Assembly (NCBI RefSeq): GCF_006345805.1
Contig: NC_043021.1
Location: 4,402,001 to 4,466,000 of the forward strand
Length of the DNA stretch: 64,000 nt
Reading direction: 5' to 3'
Source of the DNA: Octopus sinensis
Lineage: Eukaryota
The position numbers were made by a program, and so were the translations under genes. The notes beneath the pieces were generated by a model. It was not told the origin of the DNA, did no database searches, and saw nothing but the letters and a program-made list of their open reading frames with translations. Each line of letters opens with the position of its first letter. Positions within the stretch are counted from its first letter, which is position 1. This document shows positions 13,679 through 26,803 of this stretch, in pieces.

Positions 13679-14146
13679 CTCAGGGAGAGGAATAAGTGTA
13701 GCAAGGGAAAAAATGGTGTCAGAATAAAATAATTAGCAGTTAGAATAAAAAAAATTGTTGACTGTCTTTCTTGATGTTGTAGACAGAAAAGCTGACTTGA
13801 AGAAAAAAAAAAGTAAAATATTTCAAGAACAAAAGCAAATAGAAAGTGATACACGAAAAAAAAATCTGACTAAAACTAAGATGACTAATGAGTGTAAAAA
13901 CTGAACAATCAATACTTATCTCTTTACTAAGAGAAAGAGAGAGACAGACAAAGAAGCAGAGAGAGAGATAAATATTGATGTGGTTAGTTTATAATGTAAA
14001 CATTGTCATGAAACTATTTATAAGATTATGGTCAAAGGAAGTACAGTAATAGAGCAGTAAATCCAAGAGGCTGATTGGTTGGTTACATATTTATTGCAAG
14101 TAATACCCCCCCTCCCATTTAAAAAAACTAAAATACAAACTTATAT

Positions 14147-14545
14147 ATTACTCTTTTACTCTTTTACTTGTTTCAGTCATTTGACTGCGGCCATGCTGGA
14201 GCACCGCCTTTAGTCGAGCAAATCGACCCCGGAACTTATTCTTTGTAAGCCCAGTACTTATTCTATCGGTCTCTTATACCGAACCGCTAAGTGATGGGGA
14301 CGTAAACACACCAGCATCGGTTGTGAAGCAATGCTAGGGGGACAAACATACATACATACACATATACATATACATATACACGACAGGCTTCTTTTCAGTT
14401 TCCGTCTACCAAATCCACTCACAAGACATTGGTCGGCCCGGGGCTATAGCAGAAGACACTTGCCCAAGGTGCCACGCAGTGGGACTGAACCCGGAACCAT
14501 GTGGTTGGTTAGCAAGCTACCTACCACACAACCACTCCTGCGCCT
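14147..14545 (-). mobile_element. SINE family A, full length
   Basis: Matches the A consensus seen in the window. Confidence 0.9.
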
Positions 14546-14687
14546 ATTCATTCACTTTGTACACAAGTTAGCATGGGTTAGATGAGTACATATTTTTGAA
14601 GCATTGTTTTACAACCAGATGCCCTTCATGTTGCTAACTCTTTTTTTTTTTTTTGAACATGGGTTGATTACTTCAACCCCACTGCTC

Positions 14688-14867
14688 TTCGTCTGCCGTT
14701 ACGTTGTGAGTTCAAATTCCGCCAAGGTCGACTTTACCTTTCATCCTTTCGGGGATCGATAAATTAAGTACCAGTTACGCACTGGGGTCGATGTAATCGA
14801 CTTAATACCTATGTCTGTCCTTGTTTGTCCCCTCTATGTTTAGCCCCTTGTGGGCAATAAAGAAATA
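14688..14867 (+). mobile_element. SINE family B, 5'-truncated at TTCGTCTG, inserted into an older opposite-strand B-like copy
   Basis: B body and tail; the host sequence continues on either side. Confidence 0.8.
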
Positions 14868-15075
14868 GGTATATATTTTATTAACTCAGGAAGGATGAAT
14901 GGTAAAACTGACCTCAGCAGAAGTTGAACTCAGAATGTAAAGACAGATGAAATGCTACAAATGCCCAGCATGCAAACAACTCTGACGAGCTTGCCACCTT
15001 TTTCTATACTAATGCTGATTAATGCATCAGATTTGAAATAATTGTGATTTTGTTTTTTTTAACACTTTGATCCCT

Positions 15076-15405
15076 GAGCCGGTGGCACGTAAAAAGCACC
15101 ATCTGAACGTGGCCGATGCCAGCGCCGCCTTGACTGGCTTCCGTGCCGGTGGCACGTAAAAAGCACCATCTGAATCGTGGCCGATGCCAGTGCCGCCTTG
15201 ACTGGCTTCCGTGCTGGTGGCACGTAAAAACCACCCACTACACTCACAGAGTGGTTGGCGTTAAGAAGGGCATCCAGCTGTAGAAACACTGCCAGATCAG
15301 ACTGGAGTCTGGTGTAGCCTTCTGGCTTCCCAGATCCCCAGTCGAACCGTCCAACCCATGCTAGCATGGAGAACAGACGTTAAACGATGATGATGATGAT
15401 GATGA
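15076..15405 (+). mobile_element. Family C element with three tandem internal modules
   Basis: GCCGGTGGCACGTAAAAAGCACCATCTGAA...CTTGACTGGCTTCCGT is repeated before the tail. Confidence 0.8.
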
Positions 15406-15923
15406 TTCATACAACTATAAAAATATCTGAACTTATAAAACTCAGCTACTCTTGCTGGCATAGGACTGCCAATTCTAAAATACTAAATAAACTAAAATAT
15501 AAATCATTATCACGAAACTTTCATTGTATGTATGGTGGTTTGAGAAACAGGGACACTGCATCCCTGTGTGTTGTAAAGGGAGACTCAGAAGGGTGAGTGA
15601 CAGGAAAGGCATCTGGCCATTAAAAAACCCATTCAGCATATAAAAACAGATGTAAAATAATGATGAGAATGACGATTACTGAATGAATGTATTAATTTCT
15701 TTCACACTTTTCCAAAAAGACCAAGTGAATAAATATATTATTAGCAAAATAACATAAACCAGAAAGTGCTTGGACAGTGCTGTCCACCATCCGCAAGACT
15801 AGACAGGCTGGTGCCACTAATTCAAAACCACAAACTGGTCAATGAAAAATGTCAGACCTCTCCCAAATCACACCCTCCCCTCTTCGCTTAAAAAAAAAAG
15901 TAAAGAATATAAGAATATACATT

Positions 15924-16650
15924 GAGTGGCTTAGTGGTTAAGGCATTCGGCTGACAATCGTAAGGTCAAGAGTTCGATTCCCAGCAGTGTATTGTGTCCT
16001 TGAGCAAGACACTTTATTTCGTGTTGCTCCGGTTTCCTCGGCTGTCAAAAATGTGTTGTACCTATATTTCTAAGAGCCATCTTTGTCACATTTTGTGTCA
16101 CACTGAATCTCCTTGAGAACTTCATTAAGAGTACACAGGCGCAGGAGTGGCTGTGTGGTAAGTAGCTTGCTAAACAAACACATGGTTCCGGGTTCAGTCC
16201 CACTGCGTGGCATCTTGGGCAAGTGTCTTCTTCTATAGGCCTGGGCCGACCAATGCCTTGTGAGTGGATTTGGTAGACGGAAACTGAAAGAAGCCTGTCG
16301 TATATATGTATATATATATATATATGTATGTGTGTGTCTGTGTTTGTCCCCCTAGCATTGCTTGACAACCGATGCTGGTGTGTTTACGTCCCCGTCACTT
16401 AGCGGTTCGGCAAAAGAGACCGATAGAATAAGTACAGGGCTTACAAAAAGAATAAATCCCGGGGTCGAGTTGCTTGATTAAAGGCGGTGCTCCAGCATGG
16501 CCGCAGTCAGATGACTGAAACAAGTAAAAGAGTAAAAGAGAGTAAAGAGTATGTCTATGGAGTGCTCAGCCATGTGTACATTCATTTCACATGCAGGCTG
16601 TTCCGTTAATCAAGTCAACTGGAACATTAATTTTCGTAACCAACAGAGTG
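15924..16650 (+). mobile_element. Older tRNA-derived SINE (D-like 3' end) interrupted by a family A copy
   Basis: Head GGCTTAGTGGTTAAGGC...GTTCGATTCCC. The body breaks at ...ATTAAGAGTACAC and resumes TGTCTATGGAGTGCTCAGCC, as in family D (GTTAAGGGTACACGTGTCTGTGGAGTGCTCAGCC). Confidence 0.7.
16137..16551 (+). mobile_element. SINE family A, full length (nested)
   Basis: AGGCGCAGGAGTGGCTGTGTGG head to (AAAAGAGT)n tail. Confidence 0.9.
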
Positions 16651-17303
16651 TCAGTATTTGATGCAATCATAGATGAAGGTGCATGGCTCAGTGGTTAGAG
16701 CATCAAGCTCATAATCATGAGGTAGTGAGTTCGAATCCCAGACTAGGCTGTGTGTTGTGTTCTTCAGCAAGACACTTTATTTCAAGTTGCTCCAGTTCAC
16801 TTAGCTGTCAAATGAGTTGTGGTGTCACTGGTGCCAAGCTGTATCAGAGTTTACCTTGGCACAAGTGCCAGTAAGGCGACACTGGTAACAATCATACTCG
16901 AATGGTGCTTTTTATGTGCCACCGGCATGGAAGCCAGTCAGCTGCTCTGGCAACGATCACACTTGGATGGTGGTCTTAGCGCTCCACTAGCATGGATGCC
17001 AGTCATCGAATTTGATTTTGATTTCGATTCATTTACTGAAATAGCTCATATCCACCGTGTTGTATCTCATGATTTCAACATACCCTGGCTGGGTGGTTAC
17101 ATGCTAGCTCACCCAATATCTGGGATCCTTGGATAACATCAGCAGCATGGAGAGGAAAGGCTGGTATGCATGGACAACTGCTTGTCTTTCATTAACGACC
17201 TTGCCCAGACTTGTGCCTCAGAGGGGAACTTTCTAGGTGCAATCCTATGGTCATTCATGACCGAAAGGGGTTTTTACTCTTTAGCCATAGATTTACACAA
17301 AGA

Positions 17304-17690
17304 CTGTGGAGGCGCAATGGCCCAGTGGTTAGGGCAGCGGACTCGCGGTCGTAGGATCGCGGTTTCGATTCCCAGACCGGGCGTTGTGAGTGTTTATTGA
17401 GCGAAAACACCTAAAAAGCTCCACGAGGCTCCGGCAGGGATGGTGGTGATCCCTGCTGTACTCTTTCACCACAACTTTCTCTCACTCTTACTTCCTGTTT
17501 CTGTTGTACCTGTATTTCAAAGGGCCGGCCTTGTCACTCTCTGTGTCACGCTGAATATCCCCGAGAACTACGTTAAGGGTACACGTGTCTGTGGAGTGCT
17601 CAGCCACTTACACGTTAATTTGACGAGCAGGCTGTTCCGTTGATCGGATCAACCGGAACCCTCGTCGTCGTAACCGACGGAGTGCTTCCA
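17304..17690 (+). mobile_element. SINE family D (tRNA-derived head, possibly Arg-related; CpG-rich, young)
   Basis: Head GGAGGCGCAATGGCCCAGTGGTTAGGGC...GGTTTCGATTCCC with A/B boxes. Near-identical copies at 36638 and 57389. Confidence 0.9.
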
Positions 17691-17986
17691 TAATCCACAC
17701 TAAGACCGAAAGAGAAAAAGACATGATAGTCATAACTTGAGTGTCTTGGATCATAGGACAGATCAGGGGCCAAATACCAGCCAAAGATGGACAGAAGAAA
17801 TTCCAGTCACAAGAAAGTGGTGTCATACAAATGGACCAAGAAGAAGTTGCAGGACCAATGAATGAACACGTGGTATTTAAAATCTGTAATTGGGGTTTTT
17901 CAAGAGGGAGTAGCAGAAGCAGCAGCCTTACTCTTCATTTGATTCTGGTAATTCAAGTAACACTTCTTGTCTATTGAATAAGTATA

Positions 17987-18405
17987 CACTGGCGAAAACA
18001 AAATTGAAGACCAATGATAAAAGTTCTATTTCTTACAAAATATTTTGTTACTAACACCATACAAACTATTTTTATCGTTTAGACCTTATGCAGAATTTAT
18101 TTTTCTTTCGAATGATGCAGACAATAACTATTTTTATACAACTTGAAGAATTCTAATGCTAAATTAATATAAACGTTTCAAATTTACCGGCAAAATTAGT
18201 CTAAGACTGTATCATTATAATTTTATTTAAAGCTTAAGATTGTAGCAAAAATGAGCAACAAGAATGAAATACATATTAGTACTTTGTGCCATAGCCTTCA
18301 TTCTTAATAACTAGGGAACAACGCCTCGGCATTGAATTTGCTAAGTGATTACAAAATTCTATGGGAATGTTTTGCCATATTTTCACCAGTGTAGATCTGA
18401 TATAA
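17987..18405 (-). mobile_element. Tc1-family DNA transposon, 3' end remnant
   Basis: Minus strand reads ...KIWQNIPIEFCNHLANSMPRRCSLVIKNEGYGTKY*, a typical Tc1 transposase C-terminus. TA|CACTGG TIR-like end at 17985. Confidence 0.75.
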
Positions 18406-19351
18406 AGGCAGACAGTTCTTTTATCTTTTACTGTTTCAGTCATTAGACTACGGCCACGCTGGAGCACTGCCTTGAAGCGTCTTTAGTCAAATGAATCAAC
18501 CCCAAGACTTATTTATTTTTTAAAAGCCTGGTGCTTATTGTATTGATCTCATTTGCCAAACCACTAAGTTACAGGGAAGTAAACACACCAACACCAATTG
18601 TCAAGTGGTGGTGGAGGACAAACACAGACACACACACACGCACAGATAAATGTATATATACAATAGGCATTTTTAAGTTTCCATCTACCAAATCCACTTA
18701 TAATGTTTTGGTTGGCCTGGGGCTATAGTAGAAGACACTTGCCCACACGATTTGCAAGACATTGATGATCAGCTTCATGAACATTTCACTGAAGCAAAAA
18801 ATGAACTCGAAAACTTGTGGGCCTTACAAATCAATTTAAGTACACACAGCAGCAATGTTTTGAAACTGACCTATTTTCCATTACATTTCAGACTGATTCA
18901 TCACCGAGTTGCTGAAGCAGAAATATCATTATAGTAAATGTTCTGCTCAATACCACAGATTTACTTGTCAGTTGCTTAACTGCAACCACTTGAGCATGGC
19001 CCTTAGTGGCTGACAATATGTGTATCTCTGATGATGAGCAGAACTAGTGGGGGAGCATCATAACCATATGTTGAGAGGGATTATTTGGGGTTTGAATAAA
19101 TGTAAGAAATGCAAAGTTTGAAGGAAATATTAGCCAATTTTCAAACTTTCTAGGGGTCAGCAAATAGGAAATAACAGTTGCTACCCAAGGACAAAATATC
19201 ATGTTATGCAGTGAATCTTGTAGTTGATAGTGAACATGCTCCTGATAACAATCATTGCCCCTGATATCAGTTATCTTGTACCCTAATGGTCTGGCCACTT
19301 AGAAATCTGAACAGGTTTCTAAGAAACAGCTGAATTATGATGAGCAACACT

Positions 19352-19758
19352 TTACTCTCTACTCTTTTGCTCTTTTACTTGTTTCAGTCATTTGACTGTG
19401 GCCATGCTGGAGCACCGCCTTTAGTCGAGCAACTCGACCCCGGGACTTATTCTTTGTAAGCCCAGTACTTATTCTATCGGTCTCTTTTTGCCGAACCACT
19501 AAGTGACGGGGACGTAAACAGACCAGCATCGGTTGTCAAGCAATGCTAGGGGGACACACACAGACATACACACATACATATATATACATATATACGACAG
19601 GCTTCTTTCAGTTTTCATCTACCAAATCCACTCACAAGACATTGGTCGGCCCGGGGCTATAGCAGAAGACACTTGCCCAAGATGCCACGCAGTGGGACTG
19701 AACCCGGAACCATGTGGTTGGTTAGCAAGCTACTTACCACACAGCCACTCCTGCGCCT
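19352..19758 (-). mobile_element. SINE family A, full length
   Basis: Matches the A consensus; lies head-to-head with an older A copy at 19792-20155. Confidence 0.9.
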
Positions 19759-19791
19759 TTGATGGTAATCTATAAATAATCCATGCATAAA

Positions 19792-20155
19792 GTAGGCACA
19801 AGTGCAGCTATGTGGCAAGAAGTGTGCTTCCCAGCCATATGGTTTCAGGTTCAGTCCCACTGCATGGCACTTTGGGCAAGTGTCTTCTACTATAACCATA
19901 GGCTGACCAAAGCGCCTTGAGTGGATTTGGTAGACAAACTGAAAGAAGCTTGTTGTATATGTGTGTTTTTGTGTGTGTTTGACAACCAGTGAGGGTTTGT
20001 TTGTGTCCCTGTAACTTAGCCGTTCAGCAAAATAGTCCAACTGAATGAGTAACAGGTTAAAAAGAAATAAGTACTGAGGTCAATTCGTTCGACTAAAAAT
20101 TCTTCAAGGAAGTGCCCCAGCATGGCCACAGTCTAATGACTGAAACAAGATAAAA
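19792..20155 (+). mobile_element. Older family A-type SINE
   Basis: Diverged head, body and tail of family A. Confidence 0.75.
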
Positions 20156-20653
20156 GTACTGTAACTTAAAACACGAGGAGAACATAATAAGGAAAGCAGG
20201 CATCGGTGTCGGGAAGTGCATCTGACCATAGAAACTTCTGCCCTGACATAATCTCAATCCACCCATGCCAGCACAGAAAAGTTGGTGTTAAAATAATAAC
20301 AACCTTGATGATGATGATGATGATGATGATGAAGTCATGGTGATGATTATGTCAATAAACTGGGAGAATAAAGCAGTGCTTGCATCAAATTAACAGATGA
20401 ATTAATTAATTATTTTGAGATTAAACATAACTGCCATCAGCTGAGTTTCACAAAACGATATGAATTATAATAGTCTTAAAACAAAGTGACCAAGCACGAT
20501 TGCATCATTTGCTTCCATGTCCAGTGATGCAAAAACCAATTACTGGGACACATTCACAACCAAGCAGACCGGAGTCCAGAGGTATTTATATCCCCACTCA
20601 TTTATTAACGACATCGCTAAAATCTATAACGAATAACAAAAGGATTCACTTAC

Positions 20654-20731
20654 CACGTTAGGTCTATGGCAATGTTTACATATCCCTGGGTCAACTGTGT
20701 ACGTTGACCTCCTCTTTAAAGCAGAACTCAT
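20654..20731 (-). CDS. Candidate alternative first coding exon of the minus-strand gene (MSSALKRRSTYTVDPGICKHCHRPNV)
   Basis: ATG at 20731; 78 nt; ends GTG|GTAAGT, a consensus donor in phase 0. Lies in a ~1.9-kb repeat-free block (about 20400-22290). Too short for the ORF track. Confidence 0.55.
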
Positions 20732-22370
20732 ATCGATAAGGACGATGATGATAACATGTAAATATATGAGTGTGCTTCTCAAATTTCCAATTCAATCCAG
20801 TTTCCTTTTCATTTTGTTTTTGTTTTGTTTGTTTTCCTTGTTGAAGGCAATCAAACATATTATGATCACCCAGATGACAGTTCTCGCAGAAGTTCCACTG
20901 ATGGATATTTTCTGCATACTTTATAGTAAACCTTTATGTTAATCCTTGACTGTGAGACAAGTGGGGGAAAAAAAATCACTATGTAGTATTTGTTTTTATT
21001 CTATTTATTCATTTATTTTATATTTAACATGGCTGGTATCCAAGTATCCATTAAAATAAATATACATCTAAGCAATTATGCAATTTACTGCAGCAACAAA
21101 TTTTCACAGCATGTGCAACTAATTAGGGAAAATTTAACAGAAGTGTATGCGTGGTGCGGGGTGAGATCAAACATACAAGTGAATTAAGAAAGACACAATT
21201 CACTAGACTGACAAATTTATACAAATGTGCAACTAACAAGCATTAGAGACAGGAAAAAAAATTAAGATCAATCTATGTGAAGTGTATGATCAACAAAAAA
21301 ATAAACAACCGACTGGCTATAGCAACCGAAATCAGCCACTCACTTTGATAATTAATATAGAAATATGAATATGTTTAAATATGATAACGATAGTAGTAAC
21401 ACTGATGCTGGTAAGTTTTATACATCACAACAAAGAGGTGGGTGGTGGGTGAGGGTGAATGCATAAAATGACTTCAGTCAATGGATAGGAAATAAAAGGC
21501 GGGTGGGGTGGGGGGGAGTTAAAACTGTTCATATATATTCATTCACCAATGTAATTTAAAAGTGCAGACAACAACTAAGCAAGCTGCAAGCCGGTTGGTT
21601 GACTAAATGGCTAAAACTACACAGGTAGATGCTACCTGCAATATATATATATATACTTATAGCTACTACAGCTGATAGAAATCAATGAGCTCAGGTAATA
21701 ACTGGAAACATTTATATATCTTTAATTGGGCTGGCATGAGAGCAGAAACAACAGTGGCCACACACACGGATGAGAGAAAAGTAGTTCAGTTAGTTAATCT
21801 AGGTGTAAGCTTACTTGTAGGTCTGTTAACAAATCATTCCTTTAGTACCGCAAAAACAACTGACTGAAGTGTTTCAGTGTTAGTAAGCTTCACAGGTAAA
21901 GTGGTATTTAGATTTTTCAAATGCCTGACTAAGCTAAAATGGTAGACACACGGATCAGATCGACAGTCTGACTGTAGCTGAAAGTCATTTAAATGCCACA
22001 CTGTTAATGCAAAGTTAGGGATTAAGTTTCTTGGTACAATACCCATTTATAATGCAGAATATCATTTATGTAATACATCTAAAATATCATCCGCTAATTG
22101 TTCTTGCTTTCTTTTCTTTAATTATTCACAGTAAATTGAAAGGCCATCTTGGAAGAGCCAACGTCAAAATTATAGATCTAAATTTTGAATGATTAATTAA
22201 AAGATGATTTTAAGGTATTTTAATTATGCCATGCTGTCGCCCCTCAGGTAAGTAAGTTTATTTCAATTAACCAAAAACAAAACACATTCCTTGAATCTTT
22301 TATCTTGTTCCAATTATTGTACTACAGCCATGCTGGAATACTGCCTTGACAGATTTAGTCATACAAATTC

Positions 22371-22854
22371 TCTCCTCAAAGACATACAGCATCTCGAAAG
22401 AGTCCAGAAGCTGGCTACCCGCATGGTTCTTGGTCTCAAGCATTTGTCTTATGAAGAAAGGCTGAAGACGCTCGACCATTATTCTCTAGAAAAACGACGA
22501 TGCCGTGGTGATCTCATTCTTGCTCACAACATCATAAGCGGAAAGTGTAACCTCTCGAAAGAGCTGTTCTTCACTCCTGCTCCAGAGCGTCGGCTGCGGG
22601 GTCACTCCGAAAAGCTCGAACTGCGACGATTTCATCTCAATCGAAGGAGAGGGGCTTTCTCCGTCCAGGTTGCGAATCTGTGGAATAAGCTGCCAGACGA
22701 GATAGTGAAGATGCCGACGACCGCTCGGTTCAAAGTCTCTCTTGACCAGAAATGGCCTGAACTCTTTGCATGAACACCCTCCCTGTACATAACTCCATGT
22801 CCCCCTACATGGCCTTGCTTTTTGCTTTTTGAGCCAAAAAAATTAACTTAACTT
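22371..22854 (+). mobile_element. CR1-clade LINE 3' end (second family), inserted in an old A-type SINE
   Basis: DIQHLERVQKLATRMV...YEERLKTL...LEKRRCRGDLI...LRGH...FSVQVANLWNKLP; (TTAAC)n tail; AAATTC direct repeat at 22365-22370 and 22855-22860. Confidence 0.9.
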
Positions 22855-23194
22855 AAATTCACCCCAGTACTCATTTTTTTTATAAGTCCATTACTTACAC
22901 TATCAGGTTCTTCTGCCAAACTGTTAAGTCATGGGGATGTTAACAAACCAATACTGGTTGTCCAGTGGTGGGTGGACAAACACACATATACACACAGTTG
23001 TATTTGACTTCAGAACAGCAACATTAGACCTGTCATACAATAAAGTCTGAACATATAACCACAGGCATAGCTGTGTGGTAAAGAAATTCACTTTGCAACC
23101 ACGTGGTTCCAGGTTCAGTCCCGCTGTGCAGCACCTAGGACAAGTGCCTTCTACTATAGCATTAGACCAACAATTGCCATGTGAATGAGTTTGT

Positions 23195-23905
23195 CATCAT
23201 CATCATCATTTAACGTCCGTTGTCCATGCTGGTAAGGGCTGGACAGTGTGACCAGAGCTGGCAAGCTGGGGGTCTGCACCAAAATCCAGTCTGTTTTGGT
23301 TTGGTTTCTATAGCTGGATGCCCTTCCTAACACCAACCACTTTACAGAGAGGGGTGGATGCTTTTACATGGCACCGCATGGGTGCTTTTACATGGCACCA
23401 CATGGGTACTTGTACATGGCACCACACGGGTACTTGTACGTGGCACCACACGGGTGCTTGTACGTGGCACCACACGGATGCTTTACGTGGGACCACACAG
23501 GTGCTTGTACGTGGCACCACACAGGTGCTTGTACATGGCACCGTATGGGTGCTTTTACATGGCACTGCATGGGCACTTTTACGTGACACCGCATGAGCGC
23601 TTTAATGTGGCACCACACAGGGTCTTTTTCATGGCACTGCACAGGTGCTTTTACATGGCCCCGCATGGGCACTTTTACATGGCATCCTCATGAGTACTTT
23701 ACACCACTAGAAGGATCAGTCTTAACACTTCTACATCAGGGTACAGGTCTTCTTTAGTAGAGCCAGGTGCCAGGTATCTCAGTCCTTTGTCATCTTGCCT
23801 GAAAGGTTCAGTGTCCCAAGGTTGTTCTTCAGTACTTCATCACACGTTTTCTTGGGTTTCCCACTTCCACATGTTCCAGCCACTTTGAGAGATTGGCACT
23901 GTGTG
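23195..23905 (-). mobile_element. RTE-type LINE 3' end joined to a 24-bp minisatellite and a family C-type tail
   Basis: Minus strand reads CQSLKVAGTCGSGKPKKTCDEVLKNNLGTLNLSGKMTKD*DTWHLALLKKT, then the tandem array, then GGTTGGTGTTAGGAAGGGCATCCAG...(ATG)n. Confidence 0.6.
23357..23705. repeat. 24-bp minisatellite (GGTGCTTTTACATGGCACCRCAYG), about 14 copies
   Basis: Tandem periodicity is directly visible and gives 8-aa repeat ORFs in several frames. Confidence 0.9.
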
Positions 23906-23914
23906 GCGACCCAT

Positions 23915-23950
<36 letters not shown>

Positions 23951-23966
23951 TGTGTGTATGTGTGTG

Positions 23967-23998
<32 letters not shown>

Positions 23999-24272
23999 TG
24001 TGTATGTGTGTGTACATGTATGTGTGTATGTGTGTGTGTGTGTATGTGTGTGTGTATGTATGTATGTGTGTGTACGTGTGTGTGTGTATGTGTGTATGTG
24101 TGTGTGTGTGTGTATGTGTGTGTGTGTGTGTGAGTGTGTGTATGTATGTGTGTATGTGTGTGTATATGTATGTGTGTATGTGTGTGTGTGTATGTGTGTG
24201 TGTATGTATGTATGTATGTATGTGTACGTGTGTGTGTGTATGTGTGTGTATGTGTGTGTGTGTGTGTGTGTG

Positions 24273-24305
<33 letters not shown>

Positions 24306-24335
24306 TATGTGTGTGTGTGTGCATGTGTGTGTGTT
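23915..24335. repeat. Compound (TG)n/(TATG)n microsatellite
   Basis: Directly visible; source of the spurious VC/HT ORFs. Confidence 0.95.
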
Positions 24336-24697
24336 TGTGCCTTGCACCACCACTTGGCAACTAGTGTTGTTTTGCTTACATCTCTGTAACTTAACAGTTT
24401 GGCAAAAGAGACCAATAGAATAAGTTCTGAGAGAACAAACTTTACTGTGATATTTACCATGTGAGAAATTCTCATGTAGGCTTCCCGTGTCGAAATTCTC
24501 ATGTAGAATGCACACTTATTTGTTTATATTGCCAACAGGGAGATAAATCCCGCCCCCCCAACTCCAGTGTTAAGATCACCAGATCACATGATTTTGATCT
24601 TCTTTGATCTCATCAGTGAGGGATGCTTGACTACTAGAGATATATAGAAAGTCAGTGCCACAACAGTAACTGGTACCACGATTAACCATTTGGTTAG

Positions 24698-24739
<42 letters not shown>

Positions 24740-24742
<3 letters not shown>

Positions 24743-24955
24743 GGGAAGGTTTACGAAAATAAACAAAAGACGAAGGCAGGTGGAGTACAAACAAACAAAT
24801 GTATTAGTATGGCGCTCAGGAATAGAAATAGAACAAGCCTTTTACGTTTCGAGCCTACGCTCTTCAACAGAAAGATACACAGAAAAAAAACAAGGAGCGA
24901 AACAAGGAGAGGAGAGAAAAAAAATGCGTGTAGGGGCTAACGATCTATCATGGCA
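24740..24955 (-). mobile_element. Possible Penelope-like element terminus with a hammerhead-like motif
   Basis: Minus strand CTGTTGA-A-GAGC-GTAG-GCTC-GAAACG at 24844-24870; the segment adjoins a TA array. Family assignment is inference. Confidence 0.4.
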
Positions 24956-25520
24956 TTCTGACATCAGGCAGAGGTCAGAGGTCAGATGTTAGACGCTAGA
25001 GGGACAGTAGGGGAGATAACAGGGTCAAGTGACTTCCAAAACGAAGGTGGCCCCAACACAAAGGTATATATATATATATTAGTGACAAAGGCAGTATTAA
25101 TATTGAGAGGTAATATTTATTCCCACATAAACATGAATGTTCTATGTCTGTTGGCATAGATTTCATTATATAGCATATAGGCACAGATTTAACCACATAG
25201 CGTATTAGCACAGATGTAACCATGAAGCATACTGGCACAAATTTAGCCATGCAGAATTTCTACACAGATTTAGCCATGCAAGATAAGAGCACAGATTCAA
25301 TTATTCACAAGTCAATGTGAAGTTCAGTAACTTAGAACTTCTTGATCATTCAATTCTAAATCATTGATTTTTTTGAAACTGGTCCAATTTTTTTTTTTTA
25401 AATTAAAAATGAAATGTGGTTATTATAAAAACACATGTTCACTGACCCAAATTGCACACACACACACAAGTGTAGCAATAACTATCGTAATATAATTGTG
25501 TTAAACATATTGTATGTATA

Positions 25521-25728
25521 CAAGGTGGTGCTGAAAGGTCCCTGGTTTTAAGGGTATCACAAAAGGCCTGGTCGGAGGCCCAACCTTCTGAGTTCTTTTA
25601 CACTTAGTGCAGGACCGCAGCAATAATTGTATGAATCAGAGGGGAATATGTTGAATTAAATTATAATTAACTGATCTTCCTGCATTTTATTTTACCCAAA
25701 GCTAGGAACTTTTCAGCACCTCATCATG
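25521..25728. mobile_element. Mariner-type MITE
   Basis: TA|CAAGGTGGTGCTGAAAGGTCCCTGG ... GCTAGGAACTTTTCAGCACCTCATCATG|TA, imperfect TIRs. Immediately followed by another Tc1-like end (TACAGGGTGTCCC). Confidence 0.7.
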
Positions 25729-26803
25729 TATACAGGGTGTCCCAAAATTAAGGCAACCAAAGTTTCAGGCTTTAATAACTATCGATAAATGTGATAAGAT
25801 ATGAAAATTATGCATCATTATAAAAGCTTAGTGTGTCTTCTTTTTGTTTTAGACTAAATAAATTTAGATTTATAAATTAGATAATGGCTATAGACTGAAA
25901 TACCATCATAACCCTCCACAAAGGAGGCAAAAGTAAAACAGCTATAACAAAATCCAATATGAATCCAGTTTCAGCCATCATACAGACAACACACACACAC
26001 ACACACACAATAATTTCAGATTCACTGATGGTTAAAAATAAGTGGAAAAACCAAAAATCAAAATAAGCCAGAGTAATATCTGCAATAAAGCAAGTTTATT
26101 CAACAGATGTTTTGTATTGTGATCATTCCCCAGAACCGCAAGAGATTCAAACAATATACTTTGTGGTATTTATTCCAGTGCTTTACGTTCCGAGTTCAAA
26201 TCCCACCATGATCAACACTGCCTCTATCCTTTCATTTGTCCAGTATGGGGGTGGGGAGCACTATCAGGATGCTGGACTCCACTGACACGGCTCCCAGGGT
26301 CACTGATGCACAAAGCCACCACACTACAGTAAGGACTGGACCTTATTGTGGACAAAACCATATTACTACGATATTTTATAATTTATATTAGTAACAGTTA
26401 TTGCATTGTACCTAGCGGGTTTATGTTCATCCAGTTCCTTGTCTATGGCGCTCTGCCATCCGTTATAAAGCCTCATTAAATGTAGAGCAATTTTTTGATA
26501 CATTAAAAAAAAAAAAAAACATATCTTATACACTATTAAATACAGTAACTGCACGGAATTATTGTTTAATTTCTGGTAAACTCTGAGCAAGTGAGACCTA
26601 GGATCAAAGACGTTCCAGTTTTGACCATCACAAATTTTCTAATATGATGAATTAAAAGTGTCCTTTTTGAGCAAAAGTTTCAAAATATATATCTATGGCA
26701 CCAATGAAATAAAGTACCAATCACACACTGGCATTGGTTTAATCAACTATCTGCCTCTCCTCAAAATTACCGGCCTTGTACCTAAATTGGTTTCAAATTT
26801 TGG

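Noticed and set aside
17304-17380. tRNA-like sequences at SINE heads (also 15924, 16680, 26928)
   Set aside because: A/B boxes are present, but there is no complete cloverleaf acceptor stem and they run into SINE bodies; not tRNA genes.
18752-18934. Protein-like ORF QDIDDQLHEHFTEAKNELENL
   Set aside because: Short, no consistent splice pair and no recognisable family.
4180-19210. Inverted similarity between 4180-4337 and 19044-19210 (also ~46700-46890 vs ~48060-48240)
   Set aside because: Diverged dispersed repeats of unassigned families; no evidence they bound a single element.
23357-23705. Regular repeats superficially like a CRISPR array (also 56115-56227)
   Set aside because: No unique spacers, eukaryotic context and no cas genes; simple minisatellites.
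23795-24515. Long VC/HT-rich ORFs
   Set aside because: (TG)n microsatellite artefacts.
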